A program made the translations under genes and the position numbers. Under the pieces are notes generated by a model. It worked only from the letters and a program-made list of their open reading frames with translations. It had not been told where the DNA came from and searched no databases. 64,000 nucleotides of DNA from Lama glama (taxonomy: Eukaryota), in NCBI GenBank assembly GCA_028534125.1, contig CM052830.1, positions 23,932,001-23,996,000 of the forward strand, written 5' to 3'. Below are positions 23,691-36,249 of this stretch, piece after piece; position 1 is the first letter of the stretch, and each line of letters opens with the position of its first letter.

Positions 23691-26129
23691 GGGAGGGGCG
23701 GAAAGGTGGAGGGGGCAGCCTGGGGTCGGGCAGGTCACCTGCACCGGGAGGGCCGACGGTTCCTCCCCGCGAGCCTGCCCAGAGCAGGTCGGGAGAGTGC
23801 TGCTTCCCGGCTCCTGCCCTGCCTGCGTTCCCCGCGCCTCGGCACTGCCTGGGGTCCCCACTGCACCCTAGCAGGGAGCAGAGCAGGGGAGGGGTGGGAG
23901 CCCGAGGGGCCCCGAACCCCTCTGAACACCCAGCTTGACGCCCAGAGCCCCACGCAGGGAGCACCCCAGCCGGTCTCAGGCTGAGCGCCAGCTGTCCTTC
24001 CTGTCCCCTGAGGCCTGGGGCTGGGGCTGGGGGGGCTCCTGCGAGTCCACATTGTTCCCACCTTTCAGCCGAGGCTGTCCAGAGCCAGCGCGCCCCTGGC
24101 CCCCCCATCACAGGAGTCCCCCAGGGCATGAGGAACCAGGCCCCCCACTGCACACCCTCCCGTCTGGTTCCCAGGAAGGCACCTCCTCCCAACTCATGAT
24201 CACATACCAGGAAGGAACCTTAGACATCAGCCAGCGAGCCTCCGCCCTCCCTGGCATCGTAGCCAGCCTCAGCTCATACATTCTGTGACAAGGCCCTCAC
24301 ACCCACTGCTGCTGCCTGGCCACCAGGCAGCTTGGGTTCCTCTTTGCTTGGGGTTAAGATACTCCTGGTTTGCAGCGTTAAGTCACTGGACCCAGCCCTG
24401 CCCTCCCAAGACACAGGTGTAGGCTCTCCTCCATCAGGGAAGTTCACGCGGAGCAATTTGAAGCCAGCTGTCCTGGGCCCCTGGGTCTTCCTTTCAGGCT
24501 CTGTGGCCGCAGCCTCCAGACGGGGCCTGGCAGGCCTGGTGCTGCAGCTGTGGGTGCTTCGCGAACACCCACGATGCGCCAGGCACCGAGTCCAGGCACC
24601 CTCCACAAGCGTGTCTGAGCCCGAGCCCTCCCCGCGAGCTTGCCAGGCAGGGCTCGGTCTCCCCTCTTCACAGCCGAGAGAATGAAAGCTCAGAGCCCTG
24701 AGCATTACCTGAGGCTTCTCATGACTTAGTCACCAGGAGAGGCTCGGCCTCGTCTTAGTGTCGCACCCCACGGTCTTCCTAAAAGAAGTCCCCGGGATGG
24801 TTCATGCAGCTGCTTCTCATCCAAGCTGCGTGCAGGGAGCCCTGCCATCTTCCCCGTTCTGAGGGGAGAGCCTGAGCCTCGCAGAAGTCAGGGACATCGC
24901 CCTTGGTCCGGGACTGCCCTCGGGGCAAGAACCGCCAGCCTCTTGGGACCCTCGCAGGGCACCGCCCACCAGTCCGGGGGCTTGGATGACGCTGGCTTAT
25001 CGCATTTGCAGGGGGGCGGTGGAGCTGGTCCCCCAGTGAGGACTGGCTCCTCCTCTCCTGGCCCCTCTTTAAAGTCCCCGGCCCATCTCTGCAGCTCACC
25101 TGCAGGGAGAGGCTAGTGAACCCTTTTAACTGCAGCCAGAGGACTTGGCCATGTTCCATTGCCTGGGGTCAGACGCGTTGCGCGCCTCCCAGCCAGCCAC
25201 AGACAAGGCGATTACGAGCTAATTAACTCTGGTTCCAGAACCCCAGGTGAGCACTGACCAGGGGTAACCCTGAAGGCGGCTCCCGGGAAGGCGTGGGAGC
25301 AGGGACCCACCTCTCCTTTATGGTCACAAAAGAGGGATTCTTTTAAATGGCAGGGGGCCCTGACTCCTCCGCCAGCCTGCGGTTGTTACCCGGTGGCTGG
25401 AACAGGGTCTTGGACCATAGAGGGTCAGGCTGGGGCCGTGGCTGTTGCAGAAAAGGAGACGAGCCCTGGGCGTGGGGTGCGCCCGGGCCTCCTGAGGGTC
25501 TGTGGCAGGCGGGGCAGGGGCGACCATCCGGCCGTGGGCCTCTGGCTCTTACCAGCTCGCAGAATCGGCAGAGGGGTTTGGGTTATTCGTTAGTTTGGTT
25601 TGCCTGGGGGTCCAGCCCTCGCGCTGGCTGCCAACCAGGCTGTTACCTGGCTTCTTCCAGACACTCAAATTCTCTTCCTTTGATGACGTTATTTACAGTT
25701 TAGATGTCAGGCCCAACTGCTGAGGGGTGCGGGGCCCCAGCACCGCTGCCTGGCACGTGGGGGGCCCCAGGTGAGGAGAAGCAGGGTAGGGGAGAGCTGG
25801 GGCGGGAGGGCCGCTGGTGGTGGCAGCCCCGTTGACTTGTTACGTAAACACCTGGTTCAGTTATTCGTCCTCCTCCCCACCCGCCGCTAATCACTCCTGA
25901 CTGGCTGGTTCATGAATATTAAACCCAGCTCCCCTGCTGGAGCATCCCAGTGGTGGCAAACTGGCCTCCAGGGGAGAGAGGAGGGTCCGAGCCCCACCTT
26001 TAGTGGGTCCTGGGGCCTCAGAAGGAAGCCTTGGGGGCCTCCCTTCCGCGTACTTAACACGGGGTGGGCTCAGTCAGTCCACGGAGACAGGGCCTGCTTC
26101 TGTGGAGACACCAGAGCACACGCAGACTT

Positions 26130-26285
26130 GACTGACTGCCTGCCCTGAGACAAATGATTCCACTTCTCTGGGCCTCAGTGTCCTCATCTGTAAAACAGTA
26201 TAGCAACTTTGACCTCATCCATGGCCGTGACTCAACCGACACGTGTAAACTGTGCCTGTACCATACGTGCAGTTAGGAACTCCTG
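26130..26285 (+). mobile_element. MIR SINE
   Basis: 'ttctctgggcctcagtgtcctcatctgtaaaac'. Confidence 0.8.
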
Positions 26286-26439
26286 CTTAATCCTCTTTGC
26301 AGGCTGCGAACCCAAGCTTGCCCTCCGGGAGCCCAAGGCCTGGTTTCCGGGGTCTTCTGCCGAGGAGGAGGGGGCCCTGGGCCCGGGGGAGGTGTGGCGG
26401 GCTTCCTGGCAGAGGTGGGCTGGGCATGGACTGCAAAGA

Positions 26440-26556
26440 TTACATTCCTTCATTCACTCACTCAGCACACACTTACTGAGCACCTACTCTGTGCCAGGCA
26501 CTTGGAATATAGCTGTGAACAAAGGAGCCCAGAGACACTGCCCTTGGGAGCTTGCG
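26440..26556 (-). mobile_element. L2 3' end
   Basis: 'cattccttcattcactcactcagcacacacttactgagcacctactctgtgccaggcact...gctgtgaacaaa'. Confidence 0.85.
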
Positions 26557-26589
26557 CTGGTGGATTAAAGGCAGGCTCCGCTCCCCGCC

Positions 26590-26945
26590 CCCACCGGCCT
26601 CAGGGACTTGTCCAATAGAACAAGGCAGAAGTGATGTTCTGAGACCAGGTCAAAAGAAGTCAGCTTCCATTTGTACCTCTTTAGAACACCCACTCTGGGA
26701 GCCCCAGGCCCCCCGTCCTGCCCAGCATGACCCCCACCCTCTTGCCAAGGTGTGTGTGGGGTGTGGGCGGCCAGCTCGGACGTCCCATCCCAGCCACCCA
26801 CTGAAGACCCCGGAGCATGTGAGACCAAAGAGCCCCCAGCAAGCCTCGCCTGAGTGCCTCACGCACAGGATGGTGAGACATGAGTAACAGAAGGTTAGTT
26901 TTAAGCTATAAAACTTCTGGAAAGAGTATCTTACAGATGACAAGC
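26590..26945 (+). mobile_element. MLT1F/G/H-like MaLR LTR
   Basis: 'tccaatagaacaaggcagaagtgatg...cagcttcca...cactctgggagcc...cacaggatggtgagaca...gttttaagcta'. Confidence 0.7.
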
Positions 26946-28339
26946 ACATTATATGGGGGAAGCTGGACTGCCAGACACCAAAGAACGAGCCTCTTCGACG
27001 GTGACGAGCGCTGCCCTGGACAGCAAGGGAAGGCCAGGAAGGGGGAGTGTGGCTGAGCCTGTGAGCGTGTGTGCACGCGTGATGTTAGTGCGCCCAGGGA
27101 AGCACGCACCTGGGGGGTGACAGCTGGGCAAAGACCCAGGTTGCTGAGAAAATGCACTGAGCTTGGAAGGGAGTCCCAGGAGAGGAAAGAGCTGGTGCAA
27201 AGGTTCTGCCTCAGGGGTGCACCTGACTTGACCCTGGAGCCGGCGGGGCTGGCGTGGGGCGGCCGCAGCCTGCTCGCCCACACAGCACCTCCCTCCCCAG
27301 CAGCCGGCTTGCACGATGGTCCCATCGCCTGCCTGCAGGTCTCGCCCGCTAGGAGCAGTGACCATCCCCTACCAGCAGCGTTCCCATTCCACAGACTGGG
27401 AAACTGAGGTCCAGAGAACGCTGAGCCCAGAGGCCCGCAGCTTCACTGGGAGAGCTGAGAGGTCTCTCTGTAACTGCAGCCTCCTCTCTTCTCCCTTCCT
27501 TCCAGAACGCCTCACCCGCACCCTGCCCCCTGGCTCCAACATTCTCCCCTGGGGCCTGCCCTGCCTGCTGAAAAGCTGCCCCAGGTGGACCCTCCAAGGG
27601 AGTCCCCAAGGCTCAACCTGAGGCCCCCCACCCCTGTTCCTGTGCTGAAAATGTAAGGCCATCTGGTCCACTCGGGAGGTCGACAGTCGGGGGTGGCTCT
27701 GAGGTGTGAGAAGTCAGAGGAAGGCACTTACACAGACTGAGCATCTCCCAGGACGGGGGCCGCCCCCTGGGAGGTGAGACCCACCGTTGCTGGCGCTGAG
27801 TGGGCACTGACTGTGCGCCAGGCCGTGGTGGCTCCGTCATCTCAGGAACCATCACCCCTCTGAGGTCAGCGCCGTGATGTCCCAGCTCACAGATGGGGAA
27901 ACTCTCGGCCCAGGGTCTTCCCATGAGGAGGCCGCGGTGGGCTTCCGCTGCCACCGTAGGTAGGCCTCAGATGAAAAGACAGGAGACCTTCCAGAACTCT
28001 CCAAGTCATGCCACGAAAAGGACCTCCTCCTCCTCCGCAGCCAGGCCTAGGCGAGCCCACAGGGAGCCCAGCATGAAAACAAAGCAGGGTAAACGCTGGC
28101 AGGGTTGTGGGGTGAGAGTGCGGGAGAGACTGACTCCATTCCTCCAGACAGCGACAGAGGACAGGGAAGGGGGCGGGCTTGACAAGGTCAGTCCTCTGTG
28201 CGCCCGCGCTCACCAAGCCCAGAGCAGGAGAGAGAGGATGCCTCTGTTGGCTGAGGTCGGTGTTGTTAACAATTTATTAAGGATGATAACTACATAGTCG
28301 ACATTGATTGAACCCCCCACCCCCACACCAGCCTCTCAT

Positions 28340-28450
28340 CGCAGCTCGTTAACTCCTCACAAACAGTAGTGACGGCCACTTTACATTGTGGCTCAGAGAG
28401 GTCAAGTACCCTGCCCAGAGTCACACAGCCCCCGACAGACCAAGCCCAGC
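28340..28450 (-). mobile_element. MIR SINE
   Basis: 'ggctcagagaggtcaagtaccctgcccagagtcacacagc'. Confidence 0.8.
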
Positions 28451-28609
28451 TCTTCCCCATCCCCAGGCCCCTGCTCTTCCCCACTGTACTCTGTATGGAA
28501 GAACAGTTGCATTTAGCCGTTCACAAGCCCTGAGGGGTGTGATCTAAAGTAACGGCGAATTCGGGGCGTCCGTCTTCAGGACTCCCAGCTACAGAGGGCT
28601 TGGGTTTTA

Positions 28610-29290
28610 TTTGTGCGCGGCCTGGTCTGAGCCTCACAGGAGGCCCTTGACGTTAACGTCACCCTTTTTACAGGCGGGCGGGCCGAGGGCCCCAGCTCCC
28701 CAGGGTCTCAGCGGTACCTGTGCAGCCGGGACGGGAGCCGCCGCCGCCGCCCCTTCTCCGGGCGTGTGCCCGCCCGGAGGGCCGCACCCGGGACCGACCG
28801 CGCTCCGCCAGAGGGCCAGGCGGGCCCTGCGGAGAGGCCTCTGCTCAGCTCGGACCTCTCCTAACCCGAGGTCGGGCGGGGCTGGGCTGGGGGCCCCGAC
28901 TCACTTCACGCCCCGCAGCACCGCAAATAAAAATGCCTTACATGCTTTTTTAAAAAAACGACTTAAAAGGAAAAAGAGGGTCACGATGTGGCACTTCAAA
29001 GCAGTCCCCAGCGGACCGGATCCCTAGTAATTAAGGAGAAGGAAATAATAAAGAGATGCTTTCATCGTCTGTTTGGCAAAGAGTTAAAAGCCAGCACCTG
29101 GAGTGGGGGGGCGGGGCTGGTCGGCTGGGGGGGGTCAGCGCGCGCAGCGCCCCCTCCCTCCTCGGGTCCCCCTCGTCTCCACCCGCTGGTGGGGCCCGTG
29201 GACTCGGAGACTGGACGCGACGGCCGATGCAGTACGGCATTCTGTATGAGGGACTCCTCGAATTCTGGCCTCGAGGGGTCCGAGGGCCCA
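28610..29290. promoter_or_regulatory. Orphan CpG-island-like region with an AT-rich core
   Basis: Dense CpG/GC flanks (28670-28925, 29100-29290) around an AT-rich core (28925-29095) with TCF-like CTTCAAAG and GTAATTAA; no exon evident. Confidence 0.55.
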
Positions 29291-29439
29291 GTTCCCCAAG
29301 GACAGGAGGGACGACTGTAAGTGATCTCTTCTGAGAATCACATGGGCACACAGGCTGAAGGCGGGCCCTTCTGGCCCTTCAGCCGGCAAGTCCGCTCCCA
29401 GGAAGGCAGCCTTCAACCGCCCAAGTGTGCCGAGGTGTC

Positions 29440-29770
29440 TCTGCAAATACCTTGGTTGCAGTGATGTTTGTAACCACGAAAAATTAGACAATACTTGAAT
29501 GTTGATTGGGGAACCCAGAAATTCATAAGTTAATTCAATGGAGTGGTAATACAGAACTGTGAAGAAGAATGGTGAATCTGCGTGCAACGGGGCACACGCA
29601 CGAAGGGCGTGCGACTGTCCCCGGGGGAGAACCGTCCCAGACCGTGTGACTCGTTACCTGGGAGGAGACTCACAGGCTTGAGGAGTTTTCTGCTTTCTGT
29701 GCAGCTGTTTGAAAAAGTTCACCTTGCCTTTTACATTTCCAGGCAGAAGAAAAACATGGTTTATAAATAA
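29440..29770 (+). mobile_element. L1ME/MC-like 3' UTR fragment
   Basis: 'ttgcagtgatgtttgtaaccacgaaaaattagacaatacttgaatgt...caatggagtggtaatacagaactgtgaagaagaatg'. Confidence 0.6.
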
Positions 29771-30264
29771 ATGGTGAATTGAAACAGGAAAAAGGGTAGG
29801 TTCTGTGAAGCCAGAGGGCAGGAGGAGCGTGGTGAGGGCTGGGGACGAGGGGCATCTGAATCTAGAGGCAGCAGGGAAGGGGCTGGTGTGGGGCATCTCT
29901 GATGGGCTCAGCGCCCCACCCTCACCCCCGGGGCTCCCTGGGGGAGGGCACTGGAGGGAAGGGAGGAGAGCTGGCTTCACGGAGTGAGGCAGAAGGCAGG
30001 GTGGGGAGGAGGTCCCCGCGTGGAGGGCGAGCTGGGACCAGAAGGCCTGTCCCACACCTTAGGGTTTTACAGCTCGCACGGTCCAGGCACAGAGACGCGG
30101 AACAGAGAAAAGAAGACACCTGGGGCGCGGAGGCTGTCTGGCCCGGGTAGAGGCGCAGGGTGCAGGCGGCGATGGGGAGAGAGTAGCCCGGGCACAGGAG
30201 CTCGAGGCCCTGGGGGCCCACCTGGCCCTTAGATGCAGTGCTCATCGTGATGGGTCTGGGAAGA

Positions 30265-30378
30265 GCTGTTCTCCAAGGGCCAGACCCTCATTTCCAAATC
30301 TCTGAGGGTCAGGGCCAGAAACCTTCATTTTAACCCGATTCCCCCATGGTACTCTGCAGTCTGAGAATTAATGGTTTA
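30265..30378. mobile_element. MER5-like hAT fragment
   Basis: 'aaatctctgagggtcagggccagaaaccttcattttaac...cagtctgagaattaatgg'. Confidence 0.55.
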
Positions 30379-30399
30379 CAGGTTATAAAGCCCACCCTC

Positions 30400-30500
30400 T
30401 TTGTTTTAAAATGGGGACACTAAAGCACAGAGAGGCTGAGCCACTTGCCCAAGGTCACACAGCCAGTGCCTTGCAGAGCCAAGCTAGAAGTCATGTGCTT
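30400..30500 (-). mobile_element. MIR SINE
   Basis: 'gcacagagaggctgagccacttgcccaaggtcacacagccagt'. Confidence 0.85.
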
Positions 30501-32194
30501 GGTCTCCTGGAGTGTCCAGGGCTCTGTACTTTGTCTTCCTTCCTCCCTGGCCGGGCTGTGGTTGGGACCATCTGAGACCCCCGGCCCCCAGCACGGAGGT
30601 GGTGCACAGCCCACCTCCCTGCTGTTTCTCCAGCTCCACACCCTCCAGGCAAACACGGGAGGGAGCTTTGAGCCCACAGACTTCCGAGCCTGTACCTCAA
30701 CTACCTCAGCTTGTTTTCCCGTAAATCAATTTCCCTAAATCAATGTGGAATCTACTTCAGCAGAAACATTAGCTGGCCGGGTCTGTCTTCTCGATTATGC
30801 TAGTGTTTTCTCGGTCAGGTCAGGGTTTCCTGGCCCTCCACACTTGCACGGCTCCCTTCCCAGGGGCTGATCGAAGATCACTGAAGGGTGAGGTCGGGGG
30901 TGGTACATAGTCAAAGGCCAGCCACCCGACTCTGATCCCTCTGCCGCCTCCCCCCGAGCCCCCCGACCCGGCCAGGCTGCCAGCGTGCCAGCCTGCAGCC
31001 CCCGAGCGCAGGTGTGGGTGGCTGTGCTGGGACGGGGGTGCCACAGAATGCCTGGTCCCGTCTGTTTAGACACCACAACCAACAGGCTGCTCCTCGTCTG
31101 GCATTGCCCACCGCCGGGGGCGCCGTGTGGCGGTGGTGGTGGGGGCTTGGGGGACTGTGCCCATCTAAGGGGCAGGGTCTACCACCACCAGTTCCCCTGG
31201 CTGCAGAGCTGGTTGGGTGGGTGGGCCACAGGACCCCTCCTCTCTCTTTCATTATCTTCTCCCCACCCATGACTCGACTCCACCCCACTCCACCCCACTC
31301 CACCCCACAGCCGGAATCTCCATCACGCCTTGGATGGTGACAAAACCAGCTCAGCCAACGTCCCCTCCAAACTTACTGTCTACAGCTTCTGAAGCTCCAA
31401 AAGCCAGGACCCTCTCCCCGTCACTCTCCAGCAGCTGTGGTCTGGCTGCCCTACAGGAGACAGGTGTATGGGGGGAAAGGAGGAGCCAGAAACACACATG
31501 GACCAAGGCTTTGCAAAGTCTGCCCTTCCCCTGCCTCCAAGATGCTCCTGCCCTGTGCCGGCCTCCTGCAGGAGCACCCACCCCACTCTGCCTGTCCCAC
31601 TCCCCCTGGGGCCAGACCAAGGGCCACCACCTCCAGGTGCTCCTGATTGCCCTGAGGACCCCTCTTTAGAGCTCCCGGAGTCCTGGTGCCCTCAGCAGGT
31701 GCCACTCTGTGACCCGCTCATCTCAGCATGTCACGACTGCAGGGTGCCTGCACTGGGGCCTTGTGTGTGCACACTCGGGTCTCACCCGCCCCACGGGGCT
31801 TGGGGTGCCCGGCAGAGTGCTGCCGGTGTGAGCTGGGCTACCGTGGCGCCAGGAGATCAGCCTGGGCTGGGGGAATGAATCCCAACTCAGTGGACAATTC
31901 TCGGGGAGTAAGTCCCCTTTCTGGCCAGTCTCCTCGTCTGTAAAATGAGGAAGGGAGACCCTGTGTTCTGCAAGGCCGCCCCAGGGGACGTAATTCATCA
32001 GAACAGCACCAGAGCTGCGACGCATCCGGAACCTCCCCCTCCCCTAGTCTCTGGCTCTGCGCTGGGCAATTGAGAATTCAATAAATATTTAGCTGATTGA
32101 TGTAAGCAAAACATGAAAGTCACTGAAAGGGACGTTAAGCTTCCAAGAGACACTGGAACCGTCCGTGGTCTCTCTCGTGAATTCTCTCAGAGGG

Positions 32195-32440
32195 CAGAAA
32201 GCATAAATAAAGTAGGCGGCCGGGTTTTTTTCTCTTTAAAGTCAAAGGCCCATAAATCATGCATGTGCAAATTCATTTCATAATTAACATCGCTGGGTAG
32301 ATGTCTGTGAAGGCTGTGCTTCAGCCGGGTGCGACGCTCTGTTAATTAAAGGCTTATTTTGTGATCGGAATCATTCTGTGGAAGCTACTTCACACGCACA
32401 CGTTTGGTTGTTTTTCTTTAATGACCCACAGGCTCTGCAA
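32195..32440. promoter_or_regulatory. Candidate conserved enhancer with a perfect PBX-HOX site
   Basis: CCATAAATCAT (= ATGATTTATGG on the minus strand) at 32250-32260, plus CATAATTAA and GTTAATTAA; non-repeat. Confidence 0.5.
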
Positions 32441-33139
32441 AGTGAGTCAGCCGGCGGTGCCAAGCCGCTCCTGGCTTATTAGACTGCAACCCTGTGTGCA
32501 CTCCAGGGCCTCCATCTTCAGCCTGGCCAGTGCTGGGGGTGTCCTCAGAGTCACACGTGCCGCAGAGCAGGTGCTGGGGACAACGGAGGCCCCGAGACAG
32601 ACAGCGATCTGCCCAGGGCCTCCCAGGAGACTGGCAGGACCCAGTCCGCGGGCCCCACTTCTAGCCAGCCCCCACTCCCCACGCTTTGCCCACACGCCCC
32701 CGGCCGTCTGGGGAGCTCTGGACTCGACTGCTGGGCTCTGCCTCGCAGTGAACGGCGCTCGGTCGGCAAGCCTGCTTGCCGCCTTGCCGAGTGCCCCCCG
32801 GAAGCAAGAAAATTGGAGAGAGACAGCTGGATGGAGTCCTAACTGTTTTAATAATGTTCGGCACCATGGCTGTTGCCGGGAGATTAGCAGGGAAATGTAA
32901 CGGAGTGTAATTTTTCCTAGGAATTCCATCAACAGAAGCAAATGGGCAGACGGAAGTGGAAGACGCGGGGTTGGGGGGAGACCGAGAGCCCTCTGGAGGC
33001 TTCCTTGGGAGGGAGTTTCTAGGCTCAGGACCTCAGCGAAAGCTCTGGGGTGTGAACCCCAGGTTCCCGTGGGCCTTCTCTGCTCTTTCTTACCCCTGCC
33101 TGTCATCCCTGGGGGGTAAACAAGGCAGGGCAAGGAGAA

Positions 33140-33280
33140 CGGGAGACGTGGTTTAAATCCGTCCTGCTACTTGCTCACCGTGTGGCCTTAGGTAAGGGGC
33201 TTAGCCTCTCTGAGCGTGGGCATCATCGCCTGTAACTAGGAGTATCCATGCAGTGCCATTCCGAGGATCCAGGATGAGCG
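33140..33280 (+). mobile_element. MIR SINE
   Basis: 'ggtttaaatcc...ctgctacttgctcaccgtgtggccttaggtaag...cttagcctctctgagc'. Confidence 0.75.
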
Positions 33281-33549
33281 AGACCTGATATAAGGGGCCC
33301 GGAATGGATGCTTGTCTGGTTAGCTCCCCCAGCGTCCACCCTCCAGCACACCTGGGCCTGTACCATCCACCTCTCGCGCTCCACTCTATGTCGGGGCCTC
33401 CTCCCTGCAGGCCGAGGACAGTGCCGGACAGGGCAAGACGTAGTCCCTGCCTCTGGGTGCTTGCAGGCTGCTGGGAAGCCAGACACTTACATCCACTTTT
33501 CTCCCTCCTGGCTGCAGACTTGAGATGCTACAGATATGTTCCCAGCCAG

Positions 33550-33720
33550 TGTCACCAGATCTACCTCAGAAACCTTGAGAGAAAGGGGCTGTCGGGCCCC
33601 ATTTTACAGATCAGGAAACTGAGGCTTGGGCAGATTGTCACTTGCCTTAGGACACACAGCTGGTCAGTAGCAGAGCGAAGATGGAGTCCAGATACACAGA
33701 CTAACGCCCTAAATTCCTTC
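33550..33720 (-). mobile_element. MIR SINE
   Basis: 'ccccattttacagatcaggaaactgaggct...cacttgccttaggacacacagctggtcagtagcagagc'. Confidence 0.9.
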
Positions 33721-33809
33721 TCCTACACAGCTTTCCCGTGTCTGCCGCGTCTAGCATCACGTGTTAGTCTCTCATTCCCTGTTTGGTTTGGTTTTGGTTT
33801 TGCTCTGTC

Positions 33810-33905
33810 GGTTGGACTGTAAGCTCCTTGAGGGCAGGCATTTATTCTCTTTTCCCTCTACTTCCCATGAGACTTGGTGCTTAAGTAAGACACCGAATCA
33901 AATGG
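33810..33905 (+). mobile_element. L2 3' fragment
   Basis: 'gactgtaagctccttgagggcagg'. Confidence 0.7.
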
Positions 33906-34027
33906 ACAGACTCCGAGCGATCACTTCCGTAATGCAGACCCTCAGAGCTGTCCTCCCACCCTCCAGCCTGCACGCACACGCCACACACACAGCCTGCAAA
34001 ATCTAATAACGACCAGCTTAAAAACAT

Positions 34028-34191
34028 NNNNNNNNNNNNNNNNNNNNNNNNNNNNNNNNNNNNNNNNNNNNNNNNNNNNNNNNNNNNNNNNNNNNNNNNN
34101 NNNNNNNNNNNNNNNNNNNNNNNNNNNNNNNNNNNNNNNNNNNNNNNNNNNNNNNNNNNNNNNNNNNNNNNNNNNNNNNNNNNNNNNNNNN
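34028..34191. other. Assembly gap (164 N)
   Basis: Run of N characters. Confidence 1.
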
Positions 34192-34239
34192 CCGTACATG
34201 CTCGGGTACCCTGCGCACCGAGAGAGGCTGCCTGCTCGC

Positions 34240-34740
34240 AGCAATCAACGAGGAGGAAGCCGAGGCCGTGCCGCAATTGACGAGAACAGTTGGGCCTGGA
34301 GTTTGCTCTGGGTGTTTTATTAAGTTCTTTGAGCGAAAGCAGGCACTGCGCCTCCTGGTAAAGCTGTTCCAACAAATCAAAGGCAACTAATGTGCGCGCG
34401 CGCTCTCGGCTCTGCTGCGATGGGGAGGGGAGGAAGACAAGAGGGGAGAAAAGGCAAAATGTGTAAGCCTTGCCTCGACTTCATTACATCAATCACAACT
34501 GTTCTAAAAACTCTCCCCAGCGTCCGACAGCAGGCAGGCAGAGGCAGCCAGCCTAACAAAGAGTGAGTTTGGGTGGAATCAGGAGCGTTCAGTAATTATA
34601 TACACATTATCAAAAAGGTAGCAATTCAGGGAAATGGAAAATACATGCTAATTTTTGAGAGCAAGAGAAAATTAGAACTCTCTGAACCATTTATTAATCA
34701 TTATTAATAAAGCGGCACACATTCAAATAACAAGTGTGCT
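34240..34740. promoter_or_regulatory. Candidate conserved enhancer
   Basis: TCF site ATCAAAG, PBX-like ATCAATCA, GTAATTA, ATGCTAAT and palindromic TTTATTAAT-catt-ATTAATAAA at 34690-34711; non-repeat. Confidence 0.5.
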
Positions 34741-36249
34741 TCCCTTTTTCGGTGCCCGTCCGGATATGTTAACGGGTTCTGCAGAGGTGCCGCACACACC
34801 GCTTCCTCCTCGTTTTTCACACTCGCTCCTCCCAGGACCAGTGAGATGTGTGTTTTGACTGGTCCGTCTGGAAAACGGATGAAGTGGCTCTGCCCACATC
34901 AGACTAAGCTGTAGGCTTTTGCAGTTGTGGAAGCAGAAAGAAATGCTCCCACACCCTGTGACCGGATCTCTCGAGCCCTGTGTACTGGGGCTGCTTCGCG
35001 CTGGGGGAGGCACTTACAGATGTACAAGTGTGAGCCGTGGCTTTTATCTTCCAGGAAAGGATCACTGGGGAGGAAAGACGTCCCAGCCGTCAGTTACGCT
35101 GCCATGATACCAGGCCTTCCCTCTCTCTGGATCCCTCCCAAGATACACAAGTGGGCGTCCCACAGGCCTCACTGAAGTCGACTGGGCCAGGGATGGGCAC
35201 CTGGCCCCCACTGCGCCCATCGCATTCTCTCTTGTGGGGACCTGAAACCGAGCGAGAACCACAGGGACTGGTGGCTCTTTGGAGTCAAGGTGCACTGGGG
35301 GCAGCGCTCAGAGAGATGTTCCCCCAGCTCCTGCGTGCGTGTCCAAAGCTGCTGGAGCCCGGAGGGTCTGCACTCCTTCAGTCCTGTGGCTGTGCCAGAA
35401 TCCTTCCCCAAGTCCTCCTTTTAAGTCGCCCAGAGTCCTTTCTTCTATTTGCATCCAGAGATCCTCACCTGCTGCTCAAGACAAAGGCCACGAACCAACA
35501 CAAGGCAGAGGGGCAGGCTGGCCGACACGCAGGTACTGCTTGCATCGTCCTGCTGGAGGATTCGGGGACTGGGGTGTGGAGCTGGCCAGCCCTCCAGGAG
35601 CCCCTCCCCAGCAGTGCTGCAGACAGGGTCCCCTGGAGCAGTGGTGACATCAGCTGGTAGACACGTCTGCCTCCTGTGGGTCTCAAAGCGTCTGCTGCAG
35701 GACCTCTGAAAACCACTGTTCTAACTGAAACCCGTCAGGTACAGACTGGAAAATGGAGTGCGGGGGAGTTCTAGGTGACTTCAGGTTACAAGAGCCGCCC
35801 AGGCAGAAGTGAGGCTTGAGCCCACGTTTCCGGACGCTGACGACGTCTCCCGTCTTGTTTCCGCTGCCTTCCGGTGCCTTCCAGCATCCCCGTCGGCCCC
35901 ACTGCAGCACCGCTCACCTGCCCTGCTACTTGCCGCCCTTCCCAGGCCACGTGTGAGCGGGCGAGGCGAGGCCCATCGTCCTCATCTCTCGTCCTCGGGG
36001 ACCCCCTCGTGCCCACGGCACACCCCAAGTGTCAGGCTCGGAAACCGCTAGTTCCTGCAGAGGATGATTCCTGGGAAACGCTCTGTTGATGAGTGAAGGG
36101 TTTTCTTCACAGTCAAGGCAGAGGCAGGGGGACCAGGGTCCCGCTCCTCCCCTCGCCCAGGCCCCGAGTCCAGGCTGGACACGGCAAGCAGGGCCCAGGC
36201 CCTGCTTCCACACGACACTGGGGGGCACAGGGCCCTGCGGGGCAGCTGG

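Noticed and set aside
28660-28680. Apparent splice acceptor 'ccctttttacag'
   Set aside because: Better explained as the MIR core 'cccattttacag'.
32070-32101. TGATTGAT PBX-like site
   Set aside because: Lies in an L2-tail-like sequence (caataaatatttagctgattga), so it is probably repeat-derived.
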